Of a stretch of 64,000 nt of DNA, positions 49,965-60,589 are shown piece after piece. This stretch comes from Heterodontus francisci. Its lineage: Eukaryota. The notes under the pieces were generated by a model. It was given only the letters and a program-made list of their open reading frames with translations. It was not told the origin of the DNA and made no database searches. Location of the stretch: positions 199,321,864-199,385,863 of the forward strand of contig NC_090375.1 of the NCBI RefSeq assembly GCF_036365525.1, written 5' to 3'. The position numbers and the translations under genes were made by a program. Within the stretch, counting starts at the first letter, position 1; every line of letters starts with the position of its first letter.

Positions 49965-50960
49965 CACATAGAAAATAAGAGCAGGAGTAGGCTATTCGGC
50001 CCTTCAGGCCTGCTCTGCCATTCAAAAAAGATTATGACTGATCATCTATTTCAGTACCCTGTCGCTGCTTTCTCCCCATATCCCTTGATTCCTTTTGCAT
50101 TAAGAAATATATCTATCTCCTTCTTGAATATATTTAATGACTTGGCCTCCACTGCCTTCTGCGGTAGAGAATTCCTCAGGTTCACCACCCTCTAAGCGAA
50201 GACATTTCTCCTCATCTCAGTTCTAAATGGCATACCCATATCCTGAGACTGTGACCCCCGATTCTGGACACCCCAGCCATCGGGAACATCCTCCCTGCAT
50301 GTAGCCTGTCTAGTCCTGTTATAACTTTATAGGTTTCTATGAGATCCCCTCCCATTCTTCTAAACTCTAGTGAATATCGGCCTAGTTGATCCAGTCTCTC
50401 CTCATATGTCAATTGTGCCATCCCAAGAATCAGCCGAGTAAATCTTCTTTGCACTCCCTCCATGGCAAGAACATCCTTTCTCAGATAAGGAGACCCAAAC
50501 TGCACACAATACTCCAGATGTGGTCTCACCAAGGACCTGTATAACTGTAGTAAGACATCCTTGCTCTTGTACTCAAATCCTCTTGCAATGAAGGCCAACA
50601 TACCATTCGCCTTCCTAACTGATTGCTGCACCTGAATGCTTGCTTTCAGCGACTGGTGTACAGGACACCCAGGTTTCATCGCACCTCCCCCTTTCCCAAT
50701 CCATCACCATTCAGATAATGATCTGCCTTTCAGTTTTTACAACCAAAGTGGTTAACCTCATATTTATCCATGTTATATTGCATTTGCCATGCATTTGCCC
50801 ACTCACCAAACTTGTCCAAATCACATTGGAGCCTCTTTGCATCCTACTCACAGCTCACATTCCCCCTAGCTTTGTGTCATCTACAAACTTGGAAATGTTA
50901 CATTTAGTTCCCTCACCCAAGTCATTAATATATATTGTGAAAAGCTGGGGCCCAAGCACC
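49965..50960 (-). mobile_element. CR1 LINE 3' fragment
   Basis: ORF 50212..50679 (LVRPHLEYCVQF) and a CR1 tail. Confidence 0.85.
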
Positions 50961-50974
50961 TATACCAGCGGTCA

Positions 50975-51700
50975 GTGTGCCAGAAAACAACAGTGCTACC
51001 CTGCCAGCAGGTTTGATCACAATATCGGGGTGAGATCTGAGAGAACAGAGTGCAACAAATTCAGAAGAAGACAGGTTAGAGTGAGTGAGAAATTAGGAGC
51101 AGAGAAATTAAGATGGCCAATGTCATGCCAACAGTTCTCAATGAAAAGATCAAGTTGTCAAGAAGCCAGAGAAAGGAGTCCAGGTAGAGGTGGAATACTG
51201 CAGGCAGATGAATACGTCTACTGGTAGGGGGAGGGCTCCTGGCCAAAGAAATGTGCCCAGAGGCGAAGGCGACAGAAGAAGTGGTCAACGTCATGCCAAG
51301 CACAAACTTCATTGAGGCGGGGACGTCCTTTACTAAGTACAGATCATTCAGCATCAGACAGGGGAAGATCAGAAAGTATTGTGAATAAACAGCAAGGGGT
51401 GAGATTAGGAGAACGGATGAGATCAGAGGGAAGTGAAGGGGAAGAAAGATTTGGAGGGACATTGGGTCCCATGAGCTGCTGGTGCTTGCATTCCTTAACA
51501 CTTGGAAGGAATAATTTAAAATAAAATAAAAAGAAATAAATCAATAAATAATTGGGCTCGTGGTCTGAAAATTATTGAACTCAATATTGAGTCCAGAGGG
51601 CTGTAGAGTGCCTAATCAGAAGATGAGGGGCGGTTCCTTGAGCTTGCGTTGAGCTTCAGTTGAACACTGTAGCAGGCCCAGAACAGAAATGTGGACATGA
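50975..51700 (-). mobile_element. Penelope-like fragments
   Basis: Similar to the reverse complement of 40640-41020 and 42650-42770. Confidence 0.6.
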
Positions 51701-52317
51701 CCCGGGTATCCGGAAATCCAGAAATTTATATCTTGGTGGGGATGTTGGCCACAGCTCAGAGTAATCGATCTGCTCTCTTGCTGCAGCGTTTCTTGTCCAG
51801 AGGAGCAGGATCACAAAATATATTTTAATTCACATAAATGCGGGTTCAGAGCATCTATGTCTTTGTCGAGTGTTAACTATATTAGGAGAGTGAAACAAAT
51901 TCACTGTTAAGTTTGATCCAGTCCTGCGAGATAGGTTTGCCTCTTTCCCTGTCTTTGTCCCTCCAACCTGACTGCACACACCTCCCAGCTGGTTCAAACA
52001 AGCAGATGAACTCAGAGCCATTCATTTCCTATTTAAAAGTTAGCAATACGAAATTGAATTTTGAAATAACAATTTTCGTGAGTGTAAAATCAATAGAAAC
52101 AAATGAAAAACAATAGAACGAGGTGACCTATCACACAGAGAGTGACAGGTCTCACATTTTATAATGTAGAGTGACTGTAAACTGGGCGGATTTTGTGCCG
52201 ACAGGAAATTCGCGCCATTGGACTGATTACAGGAGGAGGGGGCGGGGTAGAATGGACCCCGGTCTTTTACATTTAAAACCGTCAGAACAACCGGATACCG
52301 AGCGGATCGGTCACTGC

Positions 52318-52739
52318 ACGATATTCTGGGTGATAGTGATGCTATTTTTACCCAGTGTGTGCTTATATTTATTTATTTATATGTTATGTCTGTCCAGCAT
52401 TCTTTATCATCATTTTCAAATCAGATAATTTTGCGCATTTTTTCTAGGTGGGTGTTTTGCCTTGTCTGTAACACAGACTGCAATATCAATAACAAGAAGC
52501 CCCAGTAAAAGTGTCAGATTTCAGTGTACGGTAAGCGGAGGGAGCACCGTGATCCATTGGTACCAGCAGAGACCCGGTCAGGCGCTCGCCAGAATCCTCT
52601 TTTATGACCAGAGCCTCATTCGGGATCCGGAATTCAGCTCCAGGTTCAAAGCAGACAAGAATAACAATGTGTGCACTTTAATAATCAATAACATCGCGGA
52701 GGAAGACTCCGCCACTTATTACTGTGCCTATTGGGACAG
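52318..52739 (+). CDS. TRGV: TCR gamma-like V segment A3 (leader 52318-52354 starting ACG, V exon 52448-52739); start codon uncertain
   Basis: Leader (ACG)IFWVIVMLFLP, GT-AG intron, SVTQTAISITRSPSKSVRFQC...IHWY...YYCAYWDS; open V exon. Confidence 0.8.
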
Positions 52740-52778
52740 CACAGTGCTGAACAGAGACAGAAACCCTAATCAAAAACC
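52740..52778 (+). other. 23-RSS of V-A3
   Basis: CACAGTG + 23 nt + TCAAAAACC. Confidence 0.92.
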
Positions 52779-53518
52779 CAGGCGCTTCAGCTCGCTCCCC
52801 CGACAGCTACCACACAAACAACAACAACTTACATTTATATATGTCTTCAACGTAATTTAAACTTTCAAGACGGATAGATTTTTTTTGTTTAGGAGTATGA
52901 AAGAATATGGAGCGAAGGCGGGAAAATGGAGTTGAGGAACGGACCAGCCATGATCAGAATCGGTAGTGAACAGGCTTGATGGGCTGAATGGCCTCCTCCT
53001 GTTTCCGTGATCCACAAGAAATGATCTTGGTTAATCTCACCCCTTTACTTTCCCTACTGGAATACAAGCTGTATTTAATGAAGAAATAAGCCCCTGTGTG
53101 TCTGACACACGCACAAGCCTTCAATTCCCCTGATAAAACGGTGCCCAACAGAATATTACAAATGATGGATTTTTCAATTATCTACTTTACAGCCTTTTGG
53201 TCTGAACATGAGTTAAACAATTCCAGACCATAACCTCTGCCCCCATTCAGCTGTTATCATTTCCACCTCCTGGAGACCCATCCATTGTTTCTTTTCTCAT
53301 TCCATTACCACCTCCTTTTGCCTCACACCATCACCCCTTTTCTCATTTAATCTCTCCTGCCTCCCATTCTATCACCGACATTCCCTGTTGTTCTTTCACT
53401 CACCGACCCCGTCCCTTTTTACCTGTCTCTGTTCTTGCTTAAAACCTGTCACATTTCGAACTTTTGCCTCTTCTGAATCATTATCTCTGTTTCGCTCTCC
53501 ACAGATGCTGCCCCACCT

Positions 53519-53870
53519 TGTTTTTTTAGTTTAGTTTAGAGATACAGCACTGAAACAGGCCCTTCGGCCCACCGAGTCTGTGCCTACCATCAACCACCCA
53601 TTGATACTAATGCTACACTAATCCCAAATTCCTACCACATCCCCATCTGTCCCCATATTTCCCTGCCACCTACCTACACTAGGGGCAATTGCTAATGACC
53701 AATTAACCTATCAACCTGCAAGTCTTTGGCATGTGGGAGAAAACCGGAGCACCCGAAGGAAACCCAGGCAAACACAGGGAGAACTTGCAAACTCCACACA
53801 GGCAGTACCCAGAATTTAACCCGGGTCACTGGAGCTATGAGGCTGCGGTGCTAACCACTGCGCCACTGTG
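53519..53870 (-). mobile_element. tRNA-derived V-SINE (HE1-like)
   Basis: Same family as 11797; absent at the paralogous site near 23942. Confidence 0.85.
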
Positions 53871-54056
53871 CCTGCTGAGGACTTCCAGCATTTTCAGTTT
53901 TTATTGCAAAATAATCGATCCGGGCATCTGGAAAGAGGTGAACGAGATGACAGGGCGGGTTCAACAAAATCTCACTGATTGGGGAAGTGTGAATCATTTC
54001 CTTTTAGTTTGTAACCAGCTGGTTGAGTGAACAGTCCCTGATCCAGCAGAGTGAAC

Positions 54057-54496
54057 ATGTCACTGTATTACTGGTTCATTGTGGTGATCGTTTTTCCCTG
54101 TATGTGTTTCTGATGCTATTATTCAAATGCTGTTATTCAGTCTGCTCTGTCACGCTGTTTATTTGTAACCGTGTCTATTCTTTTCTCAGGCGGATGTTTC
54201 GCTCAAACCTTGAAACAGATCATCCCATCCGTTAGCAAAGCTGCTGGTAAAACCGGTAGATTCCAATGCGAAATACAAGGTGGCTCGGTCAGCAGCAGTT
54301 ATCCCCTTCACTGGTACCAACACAAGCCCGGCCAGGCACCCACCAGAATACTCTATTATGGGGGAGGTATATCGCGGGATCCGGGATTTGGTGAATTGTT
54401 TAAAGCCGGGAAGAGTAAAGACAACGAATTCTACCTCACAATTGACAAAATAAAGGCAGAGGACGCGGCCACTTATTACTGCGCGTACTGGGTGTA
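54057..54496 (+). CDS. TRGV: TCR gamma-like V segment B3, apparently functional (leader 54057-54099, V exon 54190-54496)
   Basis: Leader MSLYYWFIVVIVFP; open V exon with FQC, LHWY and YYCAYWV. Confidence 0.93.
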
Positions 54497-54535
54497 CACA
54501 GTGTGAAACAGAAAGACAAACTCTGTACAAAAACC
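54497..54535 (+). other. Consensus 23-RSS of V-B3
   Basis: CACAGTG + 23 nt + ACAAAAACC. Confidence 0.95.
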
Positions 54536-55002
54536 CTGAAGCACGCGAGCTTTCACTCCTCGCCTAACCTGGCTAAGCAGCAGCGACACCGCAGTTGGAT
54601 TTGTCTCTTAACTTTTACTGCCCAAACCCAAGAATTGCCAAGTGCTGCGATACCAGCCAAGACTCGGTCATTTTGATCTATTTGCTTCTTCTGAAGTGCC
54701 GGACATGGCGTTAAAAACCCCAAAGCTGACTTAGTAGGAAGCTCGCGGTCCTTGGTAAAGATGGACCTGCTCTGTCGGTGTTGCATTGAGGTTGTCCTGG
54801 GGGCGGGTTCGAGTAAAGAGTTGGTCTTTCAGAGACCGATTTCCAGGGTGTGGGATATTCGCTCACCGGCGACCGGATCAGTGTCAACCTGCGGGATGGA
54901 GCAGGCCTGCGCGGAGAGGAGGTGTTGTTTAAACTGGGAGACTCAGCCAGCTCTGGTCCCATTGGAGCAGTAAAGCCGGCATCGCGGACATTTATATAGT
55001 GC

Positions 55003-55347
55003 CTTTAGTTTAGAGATACAGCACTGAAACAGGCCCGATGGCCCACCGAGACTGTGCTGACCATCAACCACCCATTTATAGTAATCCTACACTAATCCCA
55101 TATTCCTACCACATCCCCACCTGTCCCTGTATTTCCCTACCACCTACCTAAACTAGGGGCAATTTATAATGGCCAATTTTCCTACCAACCTGCAAGTCTT
55201 TTGGCATGTGGGAGGAAATCGGAGCACCCGGAGAAAACCCACGCAGACACAGGGCGAACTTGCAAACTCCACACAGGCAGTACCCAGAATTGAACCTGGG
55301 TCGCTGGAGCTGTGAGGCTGCGGTGCTAACTACTGCGCCACTGTGCC
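55003..55347 (-). mobile_element. tRNA-derived V-SINE (HE1-like)
   Basis: Same family; absent at the paralogous site near 25086. Confidence 0.85.
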
Positions 55348-55463
55348 TACTTCACATGAAGTAGCAGAGGGGATCCTGGGCTTTATAAACAGAGGCATAG
55401 AATAAAAAGCAGGGAAGTTGTATGAAACCTTTATAAATCACTGACTATGTCTCTTGCTGGAGT

Positions 55464-56104
55464 CTTCTTCTTTGGCCTCCTTATCTCGAGAGACAATGGG
55501 TAAGCGCCTGGTGGTGGTCAGTGGTTTGTGGAGCAGCGCCTGGAGTGGCTATAAAGGCCAATTCCAGAGTGACAGGCTCTTCCACAGGTGCTGCAGAAAA
55601 ATTTGTTTGTCGGGGCTGTTACACAGTTGCCTCTCCCCTTGTGCTTCTGTCTTTTTTCCTGCCAACTGCTAAGTCTTTTCGACTCGCCACATTTTAGCCC
55701 CGCCTTGATGGCTGCCTGCCAGCTCTGGCGAACGCTGGAAACTGACTCCCACGACCTGTGATCAGTGTCACAGGACTTCATGTCGCATTTGCAGACGTCT
55801 TTAAAGCGGAGACATGGACGGCCGGTGGGTCTGATACCAGTGGCGAGCTCGCTGTGCAATGTGTCTTTGGGGACCCTGCCATCTTCCATGTGGCTCACAT
55901 GGCCAAGCCAGCTCAAGTGCTGCTGACTCAGTAGTGTGTATAAGCTGGGGATGTTGGCCGTCTCGAGGACTTCTGTGTTGGAGATACGGTCCTGCCACCT
56001 GATGCCAAGTATTCTCCGGAGGCAGCGAAGATGGAATGAATTGAGACGTCGCTCTTGGCTGACATATGTTGTCCAGGCCTCGCTGCCATAGAGCAAGGTA
56101 CTGA
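55464..56104 (-). mobile_element. RTE-clade LINE 3' fragment
   Basis: LSTLLYGSEAW...FHLRCLRRILGIRWQDRISN, C-terminal C2H2-like motif, (GAA)n tail, TSD GGAGT at 55459-55463 and 56105-56109. Confidence 0.85.
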
Positions 56105-57213
56105 GGAGTATTGTGTCCAATTCTGGGCACAGCACTTTAGGAAGGATGCCAAAGGTTTGGAGAGGATACAGACGAGATTTACTAGAACAGGATTCGGATG
56201 AGGAACTTCAGTTAGGTGGAGAGACTAGAATAGCTGGAGCTGTTTTCTCCAGAGCAGATAAGATTAAGAGGAGATTTAATAGAGTTGTGCAAAATTATGA
56301 AACGTCTTGATAAAATAAATAAGGAGAAATTGTTTCCACTGCCAAGAGAGTCACTGACCAGAGTACATGGATTGAATTGGATAAGAACCAGAGGGGTGAT
56401 GAGGAGATTTTGTTTTAATGGGAGTGAGATGTCGAGATTGGACACATTGCCTTAATGGTGATGATCCCATAGTAACTTTGAAAAGGAAATGGGATAAATA
56501 TTTGAAAAGGAAGCGTTTGCAGGGTTATGGAGAAAGAGCAAGGCAGTGGGATTAATTGGACAGCTTTTTCAAAAGAGCCAGCACAGGCATGATCGGCCGA
56601 ATGGACCCTTCAGTGCTGTAAGACTCAGTGATTCTGTGATCTGTACATGGCGTCACCAGTCCCGACACTCCAACAAGTCATGGTCAGCTCATTTACAGGA
56701 ATGGATTCACATTAAAAAGGGCAGGAAACCCTATTAACTTGCTTTCTCACCACCCAGATCATGCGGTAAAAGTAACTGAAGACCCACGCTAACACCACCT
56801 GACCTTGACCTACGGATCCACGTAAGTACATCTGTGACCATTCTAATAGATGACAGCAAGAGACTCCCATTTGTTGTGTGGAGCACAGATGTCAGAGGCC
56901 CACCCTCCTGCTGATAAAGAATTTGCATTTATCCAGCACCTTTCACCGTCTCAGAACGTCCCAAAGTGCTCTACAGCCAATTAACTACCCTTTGAAGTTT
57001 AGATGCTGTTGTAATTAGGAAAAGTATCTGTTAATTTGCTCGCAGCAAACGCCTGTAATCATCAATATATAAATAACCATCTAATCTATTTAAGTAATGT
57101 TCGTTGAGGGATAGATATTTGCCAGGATACCTGACAGAACTCCCCTGGTCTTCTTCAAATTGTGCCCTGGAATCTTTTACATCCACCTGAGAGGACAGAC
57201 AGGGCCTCAGTTT

Positions 57214-57353
57214 CAGTTCTGATGAAGGATCACTGACCTGAAACGTTAAATCTGCTTCTCTCTCCACAGATGCTGCCAGACCTGCTGAGTATTTCCAGCA
57301 TTTCTTGTTTGTGTTTCGGATTTCCAGCATCTTTGGTATTTTGCTTTTATTTC
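57214..57353 (+). mobile_element. 140-bp Penelope terminal mini-element starting with a hammerhead motif (57215-57251)
   Basis: AGTT-CTGATGA-AGGatcactgaCCT-GAAA-CGTT; TSD CCTCAGTTT at 57205-57213 and 57354-57362; empty site at about 27850. Confidence 0.8.
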
Positions 57354-58026
57354 CCTCAGTTTAAGGTCTTATCTGAAAAACGGCACCTCCGACAGTGCAG
57401 CACTCCCTCAGTACTACTCAGCGAGCGTCAACTTTGATTAAATGTTCAAGTCTCTGATATGGGTCTTGAACCCACGAAATTTCGAGGCTGTCAATGACCA
57501 AACTTTCAGAAACTGAAAATAATCGCCGAGTTTCTCTGTAATGTTAGAGAGCGGGGTTGAAGAAAATATGAAGGACGGAAAGTGAGAAAAAAGATAAAAG
57601 CAGAGAAAGTGTGAAAGAGGGGAAATGACAAATAAATAGTCAGCAAGACAGGACAGTAAGAACTCCAGTCATATGAGAGAGCGAAACGAATTGTTGGAGC
57701 CAATAATGATTACAAAACTGTATTAATGGGAGTAAAAAGACAAGAGCGAGGCAGTAATTTAATTACTTCAATTTTGTATAAAAGGTGGACCGTCTGTAGT
57801 TTACAATAGGTTTGAACCACTGCGGCTCTCACCTCCTGTATATCAATGGAAAAACACGTAACCATTGTGTAAACAGCGGCGAAGCAATGATCCAGATCAT
57901 GAACAGATCACGGTCCCACCAGGAAGTGGAACCGCTTTACTCCGACTGCATTCGAATTTCGAGTCATTTCCTGTTTAAGAATCTGATTTAGCAGAGCAAG
58001 TGCAACCTAATCTTCATTGCTGTACC

Positions 58027-59122
58027 ATGTCGTTCCACTGGTTGGTTATTGTGCAGATACTTTCCTCCAGTAAGTGTGCCAGGAATCAGTTGCCATCATA
58101 GAATCATAGAATAGTTGCAGCACAGAAGGAGGCCATTCGGCCTGTCGTGTACGTGCTGGCTCTCTGCAAGAGCAATTCAGCTAGTCCTTCTCCCTCACCC
58201 TTTTCCTGTCGCCTGCATTTTTTTTCTCTTCAGGTGTTTATCCAATTTCCTTTTGAAAGTCACGATTGAATCTGCCTCCAGCACACTCTCAGGCACTGTA
58301 TTCCAGATCCGAACCACACACTGCGTGAATAAGCTTTTCCTCATGTCATGTTCGGTTCTTTTGCCACTCGCCTTAAATCGGTGTTCTTTGGTTCTCGACT
58401 CTTCCGCCTATGGGAACAGTTTCGTTCTATCGACTCTGTGATTTCTACATTTCCTTTAAAACTATATGACTTTTATGTGTTTAATTTGCAGATGAATATT
58501 TAGCCAAGGCTTTGAAGCAGTTTCCGATATCGATCACCAAGCCTAAGACTACAACGGTCAAAATACAATGCGTGACACAAGCCACGGAAACCATTCACCG
58601 GTACCAGCAGCAACCAAACCAGGAGCCTAGAAGAATAATCCGTTATAGCAACAGAGGAGCGGTGTTGGACCCTGGAATTTAGTTTAGAGATACAGCACTG
58701 AAACAGGCCCTTCGGTCCACCGAGTCTGTGCCGACCATCAACCACCCATTTATACTAATCCTACACTAATTCCATATTCCTACCACATCCCCACCAGTCC
58801 CGATATTTCCCTACCACCTACCTATTCAAGGGGCAATTTATAATGGCCAATTAACCTATCAACCTGCAAGTCCTTTGGCATGTGGGAGAAAACCGGAGCA
58901 CCCGGAGGAAACCCACGCAGACACAGGGAGAACTTGCAAACTCCACACAGGCAGTACCCAGAATTGAACCCGGGTCGCTGGAGCTGTGAGGCTGCGGTGC
59001 TAACCACTGCGCCGCCCCTCAGTCAAATTCTCAGCTGAGAAGAGTGACTCTTCATTCTTTCTTGTCATTGATAACATTGAACTGTCTGATTCTGCCATGT
59101 ATTACTGTGCCTACTGGATCTC
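58027..59122 (+). pseudogene. TRGV: V segment C3, interrupted by a SINE (leader 58027-58069, V exon 58492-59122)
   Basis: KALKQFPISITKPKTTTVKIQC...IHRYQQ (Trp41 to Arg)...DPGI[SINE]SVKFSAEKSDSSFFLVIDNIELSDSAMYYCAYWI. Confidence 0.88.
58678..59017 (-). mobile_element. tRNA-derived V-SINE inside the V-C3 exon
   Basis: Family match; the flanks rejoin to give the C2 sequence ctggaatctcagtcaa. Confidence 0.88.
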
Positions 59123-59161
59123 CACAGTGAGAAACAATGGCAGAAGCCCATTACAAAAAAC
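59123..59161 (+). other. 23-RSS of V-C3
   Basis: CACAGTG + 23 nt + ACAAAAAAC. Confidence 0.85.
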
Positions 59162-60589
59162 CCCAGGGCTCCCCGCTGCTCAGCGCAGTCACACAAGTTC
59201 CCCGGGAAAGGGGGATTCAAAGTTTTATTGCGTGGAATTTTAAAATGTAAAAGCAACACTGGACGTAACATTTATTTAAACATTTAAAGCAGAAATAAAT
59301 GTAATTGTGTTTTTAAAAATCGTTTGGATAAAGGGAAAGGGGAACATCTTTAGGAAACAGTTTATCACTGAAGCGCGACTTTTGTTAAACGGCGGGTGAA
59401 TCTGTGAATCTTTGCGACACATTTTCCATTTGGTTTCCGTTATGGATTTGATTTGGAGACAACGTTGTTTTTAAACTGTTCTCACTATGTGACGATGAGG
59501 TCGTCAATGCTTTTTAATCTGTTTCTAAGAATTCGTACTTTCAAAATGAGAAAAAACGTAAGTATCAAAGGATACCAAATATAATCGATGCACCACTAAT
59601 CAATCAAGCTGGGCCCACCTTTGGGCCAATTGAAGCCCTTAAAGGCCTCTTCTTGCTTCAACTGGTATTTTAGCAGTGACGGACGGGCACGTCACGTGGC
59701 TGGGGGCCATCCTCCTATTCGGAAACCCTGTCGTCTATACAGGGGGACCCCTTGCAGCACGGGCTGCCTGCCCCTGCTGGAACAGATCCCCTCTCCTCGC
59801 CAGTGCCTGGCTGATTGAGTCCTGCGGGTTCCGACTGCACTTACTTGTTCCAAGGCCTGCTTCCATTGTTACTCTTGTCACTGGGTGCTGATTGGCCGAC
59901 AGCTGTTGGAGGCGGGACATGCTAACTCAGTGACGGGAAGCCACAACCTCAGGCAATTAATTGCCTGAGGCACGCAAAATGACGCCCTGGCTCCCAGGGC
60001 TTCTGGGGGGCGGGGGCGGGTGCGGGCGCTACCCCCAACTTTCCAGCCGGTGTGTAGGGCCATCGCCACCTCGTGATTCTGGCCTTTGTGTGGCTTTCTG
60101 TGCGAAAGGGAAGGCCAAGATTCCAGCCAACTTTGGACCCCAGACTGTCTGACATGTTTACAGTTCCAGGGGTAGGCCGAACATCACCCATTCGGATTTA
60201 CATTTCATTTTACCCAGGCTGTTCACTCCTGTGGGTCGGAGTGGAGTGAATGGCTGATGTGATATTGAGCTTGTTGCATCGGTCTCTGAACCACCCCTGT
60301 CTGGGAAGTGGAATTAGTTTGCAAGTTGCTGCAAGTGAGTGGGAGAAACCAACGCACCCACTTGAAAGAGGCATCAAGGGCAATTGCGGGATTTGGACCA
60401 TCGATGGATGGGCCCAGTGGTTGTTCTGGTGAGATCAAAGAGCGAAGCAGCTGTTACTCTGCCTGCTATCATTTGGAAATTGTACACATAATGTTTCAAA
60501 CCTTTCCGTTATTGCATGATTGATAGTGAATCGGAGCAAAGACTAAAATCTGAAGCATGAACACAGATGGAGATGAGCATCTGAAAGGT

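Noticed and set aside
1965-59161. V segments as Ig light/heavy, IgNAR or NAR-TCR
   Set aside because: No octamer seen upstream of the leaders, no adjacent D, J or C as in shark Ig clusters, and the IHWY/YYCAYW motifs with 23-RSS fit TRG better.
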